From assembly GCF_009834535.1 (NCBI RefSeq), contig NC_045705.1:54622001-54686000 (forward strand): a stretch of 64,000 bases of DNA, given 5' to 3'. A program made the translations under genes and the position numbers. Of the stretch, positions 38,867 through 50,000 are shown in pieces (position 1 is the first letter of the stretch; each line of letters opens with the position of its first letter). Below the pieces are notes generated by a model, which saw only the letters and a list, made by a program, of their open reading frames with translations, was not told where the DNA came from and ran no database searches. The DNA is from Camelus ferus (taxonomy: Eukaryota).

Positions 38867-41329
38867 AGAAACAGGAGTGAAACCCCAGCTGTGGTCATGG
38901 AGAGATTCTCGATTGCAAGTGTAGGATTTTAGGTTTGTTATTCAGATATCTTCTTGTCAGTGTCAGTGAAAGAGACAAGATCTATAATCACTCAATTCAT
39001 ATCATCAGAAGTCAAATACAAAACAAAAGAAAAAAGTTCAAAGTCATTTGAGATCAAATATGATTGTTTAAAAAGGAGATTTTTTCTTCAAAAATTTAAA
39101 TATGGTATTTATTTTGGGGAAAAGTGAAAGGATATAAGCTTTCAAACGTTGTAGGCCCAAATGATAAGTGAATTTTACAGTATGTATCAGAGGCTCTTTG
39201 AACTAGCAATTCCATATCTACAGTTTTATATTAAGATTACATGCAAATTTTATCTACCAGAATGGTCCCCTCAGTTTATTTACCATAGAGTAATTGAAAC
39301 ATACACAATAAAGGACAATCTAAATATATAAAAATAGATTGGTGAAATCAATTGTGTTACGTCTACATTACGGAATGCTAGGAAGTAATTTAAAAGTATA
39401 AGATATCAAACAACATGAGAAAATACTCAGTAAGTTTTGCTAAATTGATAAAGTAGGCTAAAAAATAGTATGTTTAATGTAAGACATTTATTTTAATGAA
39501 AATGTATATGTGTAAATATATGTGTTACGTAATACATATAGAAAGCCTTCAGTGCTATTTCTTTGTTAATATGTTAGTGGTGCAATTCCAGGTGTTTTAT
39601 ATTTCTTCTCTGCATTTTATACTTTCCACATTATCCACAGTGAAAATGTATTATTTTTTATTTGAAGAACAAATACTTGAATATTATTAAGAATAAAAAA
39701 TTTGTAACACAAAACAATCCATAAACAGAAGGTAAAGGTAAATGACAAACGGGGGAAAATATTTGCAGTAACACCAACAAATGATGAAAAGTGTTTGTCT
39801 ACCTGATATATAAGAGCCACAGAAATCAGTTTTAAAAAGACACAAACTCCTCAGAGGAAAAATAGAAGACACAAAGATTTATTTCACCAAGGAGTGCCAA
39901 GGGCCAGTAAGCATAGGACAGTTACTCTATTTTGCTAGTAATAAAATTAAAAATGAACATAGAAATTGAATTTCTTCATCAAATTTGAAATACTGAAAAA
40001 TATAACATTCAGTGCGAGTAAGAAGTGGTGTTATAAATAATATCTTATTTTGTTTCAGGCTCTGTAAGTTTCTTCTAGAATAATTTGTTTGAAAATCAGT
40101 TTCACACAAATGGTGTGAGGATCCGGTAATATTAATACACTTTGATTCAAAAACTTATCTGAAAGAAGAAATGGAGGCAATGATTTTACGTGTCTGTTCA
40201 GTGCCAACCATTATACTGATAACTTGAAAATGATCATTAATAGATTGATGAATGAATGGTTCAATTATAATGCATGAATGTGAGGAAAATCGTGTAATCA
40301 TTTAAATAATTTTGAAGAACGTTTAATGCTGTATGCAATAATTACAATATAATATGAAATGAAAAGATTAAACGCCAACACTGCTCACATAGGATAAATT
40401 TTTAATTTTGTTAATATATTCTTGTATTAAAAGGCTAATCACCAAAATTCAAAAGTGATCTATTTCACCAGTGGGGAATAAAAGGGGGGGGTTATTTTCT
40501 TATTTTCATTTTCCTGGATTTCTAAATTTTCTGCAGTGAGCTACATTGGTTAGATGATAGCAATGACAATGTTAAAAGTGAAAATGCTGCTGACCATAAT
40601 GATGACGAAACTACAATATTTACTAAGTACATAACAGACTTAGACTTTGTGCTTTACATTCATTCTCATTTTCTTCTCACTACAACTCTGTGATTTAAAT
40701 GCCACCCTTGTCCTCCCCGTATTAGAGAGAAAGAGAAATTTAAAGCAGATATATAATCTCATAGTTAAAAAACTTTGTAATTACTTGGAAATGACAACAG
40801 CCGACACTTAAAACCATAATCCGAAAAATGTATAATAAAAACAACACGGAGGTTTTTAACAAAGCATGTAGAATGAACACAACCTAAACATGTGTCATCT
40901 GTGGTCCCCACATCCACCTCTACTTCCCCTGCTTCAGGGTGCAGCTTCTTACCATTTATGGAGCAAATCAGTTCCTTTTGTCTCCAGGCCTCTGCATGTG
41001 ACAGCACTTCTGCCTCCACGCACGCCTCCCCCTCCACCTGGCTGACTTCTTCCTTCTGATCCTCAAAACTCAGCTCTGCCTGTTGTGCACTGCTTCCTGA
41101 CAGGATTGGTCATCTTCTCTCTTTCCCCACATCCTTTACAGAGAGTTTAACGATTCAGAATCATAATTACCTACTTACATCCCAGTCTGTAACCTCCTTC
41201 AGAACATGAACTGTCTTGGCATCTTTATAGGAGGAAGCCCAGGGTCCATCCAGATAAGCTACTAATATGTGTTTTGGATTAACTGGGTGAACAAGTGAAT
41301 TTGACAGAGTTCATTCTTCCTGGAGTTTT

Positions 41330-42700
41330 CATCTGTTTAGAGTTCTTACTTTTCTCAATGACTACTCTTCCTTTAGTCAGAACTTCACTTTTAGAGAAGC
41401 TCCCTCTCAGGACAAAATGTAGGGTTTGGTACTGGTGGAAAAGAATTGGGAAGGAGGGCAGGAGGCGAGATAAAAGGGCCTGTTGGGTTTCTCAGAGAAC
41501 CTCTGGAAGTACTGGGGAAGAAGAGATGGCAGCCTGACTTGAGGGTGGGAGACACTGCAGAACACGGTGTCCGATGGCCGGCCCAGGCTCCCTGCCAGTC
41601 CCTCCAGAGCTCCTGTAGGAATACTCCTCTGCTGGTCATTTGACTGACTGTCCAGGAGCAGGACTACGCTCTTCTAGACCTTCTGTACCCACAGAATTGT
41701 CCTAAAGAAGTGGTTTACTCCGATGTTCTCTGCCTCATAAATATTCCTCTAGGCAAGTCTTCTCTGAGTTAATTAAAGGAAAGTTGAGACTTGGAGAAGG
41801 TGTATATCCTGTCAAAGCTGCAGGGACTGGATTTTTCTGACCCAGAAAGCTTTAGAGTCAGAATTGGCAAAAACAAAAACAAAAACAAACCGAAAAAAAA
41901 AAACCTGGGTAATCTCAATCTTCTTGTAGTCTCAGATCTGACTTAATTTATGACATAGATAAGGGAAACTGAGGCTCTGGGAAGAGAGAAACCAATGAGA
42001 TTTTCCCAGTGTGGACAGAAGAATAGAATTAGGTGTCCCACCAAATCCTGCCAAACCTTGTCCAGTTGAGCAATTGAACCTAGAGAGGGACCCCTGGTTG
42101 ATGCGACCCTAGATTGGAACCTTACCCCGTGCCCAGGAGGGAGATGTGCCTTGTTCAGCTCTGCCTGGTGGCTGTGCTTCACGCACGCCCTGGAGTGTCT
42201 GAAGAACTCTGGCTCTGTTGTCAGCAGACCCAGAAGAGGAACCAGGGAGGTCTTACTCCCTGCCCTGGATGAGCCATTAGTGGCTGGACCTGAAGCCAGG
42301 TCACTGCTGCCTCCTCTGTGTCAGGCGTGAGTGAGCACTCTAGAGGGCTGGCCAAGCTCCCCGTCCTGACTGAGGAGATTTCTTCCCAGCTGTGTCCTTT
42401 TGTCCTCAGGGCCAGGTGAAGGGCTGGCACCTCTATTTTCCCCCAGGTGTTTCTGGGCTCACCTTAGCTCTTCTTCCTTCCCTCCCTCAAGGGCTATCCT
42501 GACCTTTCCTGATTCCACTGTCCTTTGGGACCCTAAGGGATGTCAGAGGCCAATAGGATGAAAGTTCAAGAAAGGAAAACCATACTCTAGGAATGCTGTA
42601 CTGTGTAGAGAAAAGCACACAATTTTTGGATTCTGAGTGACCTAAATTTAATCCCAGCACTGAATCGCTCTGATTTGTGATTCTTAGCAATTTTAAGTTT
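41330..42700. repeat. Duplicated unique-sequence block, copy A (upstream of OR10A2)
   Basis: Directly alignable with 59460-60745; the core 42130-42660 is nearly identical. Confidence 0.92.
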
Positions 42701-42899
42701 ATTTAAAAAATCAAAGTGAAGACCATTATATACACATCACACAACATAGACTGCATATATTTTATAAAAAGAAAATTTCAAATATATAAATAAAATTATT
42801 TATTAGGAAATTTCTCTAAGGATATATTAAACATTGATAATAGTTGCCCCTGCGCAAGGAAATGGGGTAACAGAGGCCAGTACTGAAAGGCAAATCTCC

Positions 42900-43080
42900 T
42901 TTTTTTTTTTAAAAATTGAAGTATAGTCAGTTGACAAGGTTGTGTCCATTTCTGGTGTACCATATAATGTTTCAGTCATACATATACATATATGTATTCG
43001 TTTTCATATTCTTGTTCATTGTAGGTTACTACAAGATATTGAATATAGTTCCCTGCTATAGAAAAGAAACTTGTGTTTAT
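42900..43080 (-). mobile_element. L1 3' end, antisense
   Basis: Poly-T, then ATTGAAGTATAGTCAGTTGACAA...TTCTGGTGTAC...GATATTGAATATAGTTCCCTG. Confidence 0.85.
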
Positions 43081-43139
43081 CCGGGAAATCTACTTTTGAT
43101 TGTATATAATTTTATACTGACTGAATTTTTACTTTACAT

Positions 43140-43620
43140 TTAAAATTTTGAAATAGTTTTAGATGTAGAAGAGTCAAAGAATTCTTTTTACACTCCACGC
43201 ATGTTTCCCTAATTATAACATCTCACATGACCATGGTTCATCTGTCAGAACTAAGACATTAACATTGGTACAATACTGCTAACTAAACTGCTGGTCTTAT
43301 TTAAATTAGATCACTTCTCCCATAAATGTCTGGTTTCTGTACCAGGATTGATTTGAGAACACTATGTTGCATTTAGTTATCATATACCCTCACACTTTTT
43401 CCAATCTGTGATGTTTTCTCAGTGTTCCCTTGTTTTTATGAGCTTGGCACTTCTGAAGAGTAACACTGGTCAGGGATTTTGCACAATGTCGCTCAGTTAA
43501 GGTTTGTCTGTTGTTTTTCACGATGAGACTGTTTTTGGACAGGTCGGGGCTCTGCCACAGGGTGAGGCGCTCCTCTCACCGCAACACACCAGGGTGTGAG
43601 TGAGATGAACATGGCTCATC
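43140..43620 (-). mobile_element. L1MC-like 3'UTR remnant
   Basis: TTTTGAAATAGTTTTAGA...AACATTGGTACAATACT...ACTATGTTGCATTTAGTTATCAT...GATTTTGCACAATGTC. Confidence 0.55.
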
Positions 43621-43734
43621 GCCATCCCCTTTTCACGGTCTGCTCCTAAGACGTTAAGGGACTGTGTCCAACCCACGTGCAAGGGAGGGGAGCTAATCAC
43701 CACCTGCAGGAGGAAGGAGGCTGCCTGAACTTTT

Positions 43735-43855
43735 AATTTAATTTAATTTTTTGAGGGAGGAGGTATTAGGTTTATTCGCTTATTTACTTTTAGAGGAGGT
43801 ACTGGGGATTAAACCGAGAACCTCCTGTATGCTAAGCATGGCTCTGTCTCCCCCG
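43735..43855 (-). mobile_element. Vic-1-like SINE, internally deleted
   Basis: GAGGAGGTACTGGGGATTAAACC...TGCTAAGCATG with a T-rich tail. Confidence 0.8.
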
Positions 43856-43859
43856 TCTG

Positions 43860-44990
43860 AATTTTTATCACGTGCAAATTTTGGATTTTTTAATGAAAAT
43901 GATTTGAAAGATATATAAAACAAAAATTTTATTCTGGTTTCCTCCACTGATTCCTAATCTCATGACCTGGAGAGAATCATTCCAAGTCTTATTTTCTCCC
44001 ACATAAAATGCCCAATACCTGTTGTAAGCAGGAAAGGAGATAAAGTATAGAAAACATGCCATGCCCTGGCAAATGTCAGAAATGGTAAGGCTCCTCCAGG
44101 ATGCTATTTGACCTGAGACTTGAAGGTTGTGATCACGGAGGGGAAGGGGGCATTCCCGTTGACTCTATGATGACCAGCATCACTACTGTTACTTCCATCA
44201 ACGTTATTTCTGCAATTATTGACTTAGAATCTTTGTATACACTAATTTATTTGCTTTGTATATTTTTCCTCTTTCTTTTTACCTGCTTCATAAATCTACA
44301 CAATCTTCTGATATCACTTCCTGAGGGAGGTCTGCTCTGATCCTGAATGCAAATTAGGACTCTCTCCTTTTACTCTTTCTCAGGGCACTCTGTTCTTTTC
44401 CTTCACAGTAATGACATCAATTTGTAATTATATATTTATTTGTGCAGTTCTTTGTTTAATGACTCTCCTCTCCATTGGAGTGTAATGGCCCTAAGGGCAG
44501 AGACTCTGGCTTGCTCTTCCGTGTATATCAGTACTTGGCAGTGAGTGTAGGGGGGTACTGGGAAGTGCTCAGAAGCAGTGAGAACAGCGAGGAGACTCTT
44601 GTGATTGATAATACTTCGGAGGTGAGGGCCTGGCTTGTGTCACATAATGGTGTGGAATGGAAGTGGCAGTGAAAATGGGAACTGAGCCAAGGTTTGAGAA
44701 AGAAGAATTTTGCCAAGGGAGAATGAGCAGGATTAGGAGACTGGTTGAACGCCGCTATGACAGTCTTTACTGAAGTGTAGAACTGTAGCCAGCACAGCAC
44801 TGTGCATGGCACTTTTTATTCCATAGCTGTCTGTGTATCCGTCTGTCTCACTCAGAGCCAGGAGCTCCTAGAAGGCAGTGCCAGGTTCACTGTTATCCCA
44901 GATTCAGGACATGAATACTCACTGACTAAATGAAAGCATATGTCAATGAACAGTGAGGTCAAAAAGAGGAATAAGTAACAAGAAAAAGGT
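43860..44990. repeat. Duplicated block, copy A (pairs with ~61740-62855)
   Basis: Shared strings such as CCCAATACCTGTTG, TTTGACCTGA, GGCATTCC.GTTGACTCT.TGATG and GTCAAAAAGAGGAATAAGTAACAAG (~44967 and ~62832); includes co-duplicated L2 remnants. Confidence 0.8.
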
Positions 44991-46124
44991 TTTCAGGATC
45001 TGGAGATTGTCTGGGAGCATGGTGCTAGATGCATGTTTTGACAGCTATGTAGACATGTCCTGGAGGCACCTGGAAACGGGGAGCTCACACTTCAGTGAGA
45101 GGTCAGGACTAGGCAAACCATTTGGGCATTCTGCATTCTTTTATTCATTTACTGAGTATCTGCTATATTCCAGGCACTGGACTAGACCTCAGAAATACAA
45201 ACATGAATGAAAAACTGTCCTTGCTGTGTCCTCAATGCCCCTGAGAAATACAACTGCAATGTCTTCAATGCTTAGTAATGCATGCAAGATGACACATGTG
45301 CCCAAGTTCACATGAGTGAACTTGGATTTCTTTAGAGGAATCAGGAAGAGACTGATAGAAAAGAAAACACTAGAGTTTAATCTTAAATGATATGCAGATG
45401 TTAACTTGGTATGGGGAGTCTGAGATGAGAGGCAGGAACTGTAAAGGGACGAACTGAGTAAAGATATAAAGATTTGATAATCATGTCTCTGTCTTGTTGA
45501 AGACTTACTCTGTTCCAGGTAGTTTTATTTAGAGAACAAAAATAACTGTATTAGTCCTTTCAATAATACCCCCAAAACAGTTCACTGTACATTCAGGAGG
45601 TCCTCCAAATACATAGGCTGGTCTTAAAATGTTTTCTCCTATGATCTCTTTGAAGCCTCTTGGCCTTCTATGTTACATATCAAACTTTCCTTTTCCTTCT
45701 AACTTCTTTATAGTTTGTGCCTTTGTATTTTATAGAATTCATGCTATATTGACAAGAACATGACATTTTAGACCACAGGGACCTAAGCTCTGATCACTGT
45801 TGGTTGTTCCTTTGTCCTGTTCTTTACATCCTGATAATACCTGTGAGGAGTAATTGAGGCTTTATATACAAAAAAGTAACTCATATCAAACAGCAAACAC
45901 ATGTTAATTCCTTTCTTTAGCCTGCTCTCTGGGAAAAGAAGGGAACCTAATAATTTATATACACGGTAATGAGTAGGAAACTAGTGAGAATCTGCACACC
46001 TGATATCCTACTTCAAATCGCAAGAATACTAAAGAACAGAGAGAATCGCAAAGTTGTACCAGGGGCAGTGGTTGCCCACATGGTGTCTCGGTTGTTGCCA
46101 CAGAATAATTGGCTTTAACACTTT

Positions 46125-46368
46125 AACATTTTTTTTTGCATTAGATGTTCCTTTTATTTTTTAACCTTTTTTATTGAGTTATAATCATTTTACAATGTTG
46201 TGTCAAATCCCAGTGTGGAGTACAATGTTTCAGTTATACATGAACATACACATATTCATTGTCACATCTTTTTCTCTGTGAGCTACCATAAGAGCTTATA
46301 TATATTTCCCTGTGCTATACAGTATAATCTTGTTTATTTATTCTACAATTTGAAATCCCAGTCTGTCC
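46125..46368 (-). mobile_element. L1 3' end with TSD and short extra 3' tail
   Basis: TTTATTGAGTTATAATCATTTTACAATGTTGTGTCAAAT...; TSD CTTTAACACTTT at 46113-46124 and 46369-46380. Confidence 0.8.
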
Positions 46369-47439
46369 CTTTAACACTTTCAACAGTCTGTTTCATTAAT
46401 ATAATGTCCTCCCTACATCAACTCTATGAGGTAGGTATTATCACCATCACAGATGAGGAAACTGAGAGAGAGAAATTTATGCATTAACTTGCATGGCTGG
46501 TAAATTGGAGACACAGGATTTGAACCCAGGTTTTTTAGAGGTTAAATTGTTGAGGGGAATAAAAGACTATGGTTAGAGAAACTAGAAAGGTATGGAGCAG
46601 GGGGAAAGAAAATAGTTCAGTCCAGTCCGGGCATGGCAAGAACTGAAAGGGACAGATAATCTAGAGCTGAGCTATGAGAGGGCTTGTATGACACACTGGC
46701 AATGTTAGTTTCATTCTAAAAATGGGGGTGAATTGTTGAGACTTTAAGTATGATAATGACAGATCATCACACGTGTATTTAGAAAGAACTATGCAGAGGG
46801 CGAGGAGGATGAATGAGAATGGGGTGTGTATGAACGTCTCAGTACAGCTGGAGGCTGGGAGACCAGTTAGGAGGCTCTATCAATAATCCCGGTGGGAGAT
46901 ACAAGCCAGCATCCAAGTTTCATCTCCACAGGGGTGATTCGTTGAAACCTTGGCACTAGAGGGGATTTCTGAGATGGTACCTGAGGAGGAGAGAAGAAGA
47001 GGACCAACTACTGAGTTCCCAGGACAAGTACAGTTTAAAAGGACTTAGAAAATAACACAAGGATCTACCCTTGGACATGCTGGGGGAATAGCAAGGAATC
47101 CATGACTACAGAAGGCAAGATGATAAAAACTTTCAGCAGCAAAATTCCTCTTACACAAGCATCAGAGAAAATCTGAAGGGCATTTGATTTCCTTAAGAAT
47201 CTCTCTGGACCAAGAGCTGGTCAAAGCCTTGCATCACTGGACTCTGTTGTAATTCCTCCCAGTCAAGGCCCTGGTCCTTCAAGATCTCAATCTGCAGAAT
47301 CACAGTCTCTGAGAGCTCGAAGGGCCCCCGAGACCCAAGAGTAAAAGCCTGGGAATCTCCGCTAAGGGGGTGAGGTCTCTCTCCCTCTCCTGCAGCTCTG
47401 CACAGGCTGAGCTCTGCCCTCACTGGCTTCCATCCTCAG

Positions 47440-47670
47440 TCTCTTCCACCCCTGGGCTTGCAGACGAACCAGCCTATAATGAGCAGTCAGAGGCTGTGAC
47501 CTCATTAAAAAGTTGTTAATGAGACACACTGCTGCTTAGGGAGCACAGCTGAGGGAGGCTCCCAGTGGCCTCTCGTGGGGCCTGGTGGGAGAGCTTGGGT
47601 GAGCAGGCAGGCCCAGCTCTGGGCAGAGGGCTAATGCACTCAGGCTGCAGAGCCACGCCTAATGAGCTCA
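47440..47670. promoter_or_regulatory. Candidate OR-cluster enhancer, probable ortholog of the mouse P element
   Basis: Exact TCATTAAAAAGTT (AACTTTTTAATGA on minus) at 47502-47514; TAATGA at 47477, 47517 and 47660 plus TCATTA at 47502; TAATGC at 47632; O/E core CCC-CT-GGG at 47449-47456; unique GC-rich island between OR10A2 and OR10A5. Confidence 0.75.
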
Positions 47671-48169
47671 TGCTGGCAGCAAGCAGGCCAGCTCGGAAGC
47701 TCAAGTCCCTGCTGACCTGCAGGCTTCGGGGAGTGGGTGTCATCCGGAGAAGCAGTGATCCTCTCTGAGCTCTCAGCTCTGCTTACTGCCTCCTCTGCGG
47801 ATCCAATTTTGATGGAGGACTCCAAATTGTGAGGTTACAAGATGGTTTTCCTTGCACTGAATTTTGGTCTTATGATCTCTTAATTGCCCAGTTACACAGG
47901 TCTTTTGAATGGCGTCTTTTTAGCCTGTGTCCTCTTGCCACATCATACCACTCCCCAAGTAATGTTTACAAACTACAGATTTGATTGTTTCTTCATGCTA
48001 AAAACCCTTCAGTTAATCTATACAGTTCACAAAATAGTGTTCAAACCCCTTGGCCTAGAAGGCCTTTCTAGATTTGACTCGTTCCTACCTCCCCACCCTT
48101 ATTCCCTCCAGTTTTCCTTCCATATCATACTTTTTATTTTTCTCACCATCAGCATCAACATCACCACCA

Positions 48170-48420
48170 CTGCCACCAGCATCCGTATAATGCTTACGTT
48201 TTCTATTGAAGTTGCCATGGGCCCAGCCTTGTTCCTTAGTGACTTACATATATTCACTCATTTAATCCTCTCCACCAAGATGTGAAATAGGTGTTATGAT
48301 TATCTTCACTTTACAGAAGAGGAAATATAGGCACAGAGTTGCTAAATAACTTTCTCAGTGTCACAGAGCTATCAAGGGACAGAAGCAGGACAAAGCCCAG
48401 GCTTTTTAGCTTCAGAGTTC
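48170..48420 (-). mobile_element. MIR
   Basis: CTCATTTAATCCTC...CACTTTACAGAAGAGGAAA...GGCACAGAG...GTCACAGAGCTA. Confidence 0.7.
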
Positions 48421-48429
48421 ATGCTCTGA

Positions 48430-50000
48430 CCCAGGTGTAGGCAAATGACCATCTACAGGACAAATTCAACCTTCCACCCATCTCTGTATAATTCATGTGT
48501 TCAGAATGGTTTTTACATTTTTTTCAGTGCTTAAAAAAAGCAAAAGAAGAGTAATATTCCTTGACATATGAAAATCATATGAAATTCAGATTCCACTATC
48601 TGGAAATAAAGTTCTGTTGGCACATGGCCATGCTCATTCACTTAAACGTCGTGGCTACTTTCATGCTGCAACAGCAAAGCTGAACACTTGTATGAAGTTC
48701 ATACATTAGTGGTACTTTCGTCTGCTGCTTGGGGCATTAAAATTCATCGTGATGCCCAAGGACAAAATTGTAATCATGTGAGGTGATGTATGCTTCCTAA
48801 GCTTACTGTGGTAATCATATTGTTATACATACATGTGTCAGCTCATTATGCTATACACCTTAAACTGGTACAATGTTATATCAGTTATATCTCAGTAAAA
48901 CTGAAAAAAAGTTTTCATGAGCCAGAGCAGGTGAACATAGGAGAGAAATTGTCACAATTTAAGCAGTGAGTATTTGTGTAGCTGTTGTCAAGTTATAAGA
49001 GTATGTTCATGGCCCTGTCTACTGTGTAGAGTGAATTACTCTTGCAAAAAATAAATATTAACAAGCTTTTAAAAAAGCATAGTGAAGCAGTTATTACTTA
49101 ACAGCATCTTGAGTGCCTTGTGCATCTCTGTACTGCAACATTTTATTTACTTATTTTGTTGCCAGTGCATATCCATCAAGTCAAAATGAGAAAAAAAATT
49201 GACATCAAATATCACATTTTAAAGAACAGTGGAGTGTAGAATATTCTGATATCAAATTAGATGGTAAATCATTGTTTATAATGCAATGCTATTCACGCTA
49301 TGCCAAAATTATATATTATATGTAGACATCACTAGACTAATTCCTCATTCCTATATTTCCAACTCACAGGAAGCAACAGTCAGAGAAATCTAAAAATTGA
49401 ATGGAATATCTCATTACAGCAGAATGTCTTTCCCATCTATCCTTCAATAGAAAATGATTCATCTTCAGAGGGCAGGGCATAGCTCAGTGGTAGAGCACAT
49501 GCTTAGCATGCATGAGGTCCTGGGTTCAATCCCCAGTACCTCCATTAAAAAGAAAAAAAACAACTAATTACCACCCCCCAAAAAATAAAATGATCTTATG
49601 CCATAAATGACATGCTAAAAACAAATTTCAGGAGGACAATCTATTGGAATGTATAAACATATTCCAAAAAATGAATATGCTATATAAAAATTATATAACT
49701 GTGGGTGATAACAGTATTTGACAACATGTAATTGTACAAAAAGACGTTTTTGAAGATGCAAGATGTAAAATCTCCTTGTAGATTAGCCTTGACATGTAAA
49801 CACTTGCAACTGATTTTGAATCTCAATTAAATGAAATATTATTCCCCTAAAAAGGAATTCCATTCTTCTCATTAGTAGACCTGTATTATAAAAAATTATA
49901 TTGTAAATATCACCAATAAAATTATGAAAACTTTTCTCTTTGTTATATAATTATCTATAAAATTTCCTTGATTTTGCGTCTTGGCCTACAAAGCTTATTT
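48430..50000 (+). mobile_element. Fragmented hAT-Charlie (MER58/Cheshire-like) element interrupted by L1 and SINE pieces
   Basis: 5' CAGGTGTAGGCAAAT...GCCATGCTCATTCACTTA...GGCTACTTTCATGCT; 3' ATTCTTCTCATTAGTAGACCTGTATT...TTTTGCGTCTTGGCCTACAAAGC. Confidence 0.55.
49470..49590 (+). mobile_element. Vic-1-like SINE, young and very tRNA-Ala(AGC)-like
   Basis: GGGCAGGGCATAGCTCAGTGGTAGAGCACATGCTTAGCATGCATGAGGTCCTGGGTTCAATCCCCAGTACCTCCA plus the same CTAATTACC..CCCC tail as the copy at 14.8 kb. Confidence 0.88.

Noticed and set aside
49470-49545. tRNA-Ala(AGC)-like sequence with A and B boxes
   Set aside because: It has the extended GGGCAGGG head, a disrupted acceptor stem and the same SINE tail as other copies in the window, so it is a Vic-1-type SINE, not a tRNA gene.
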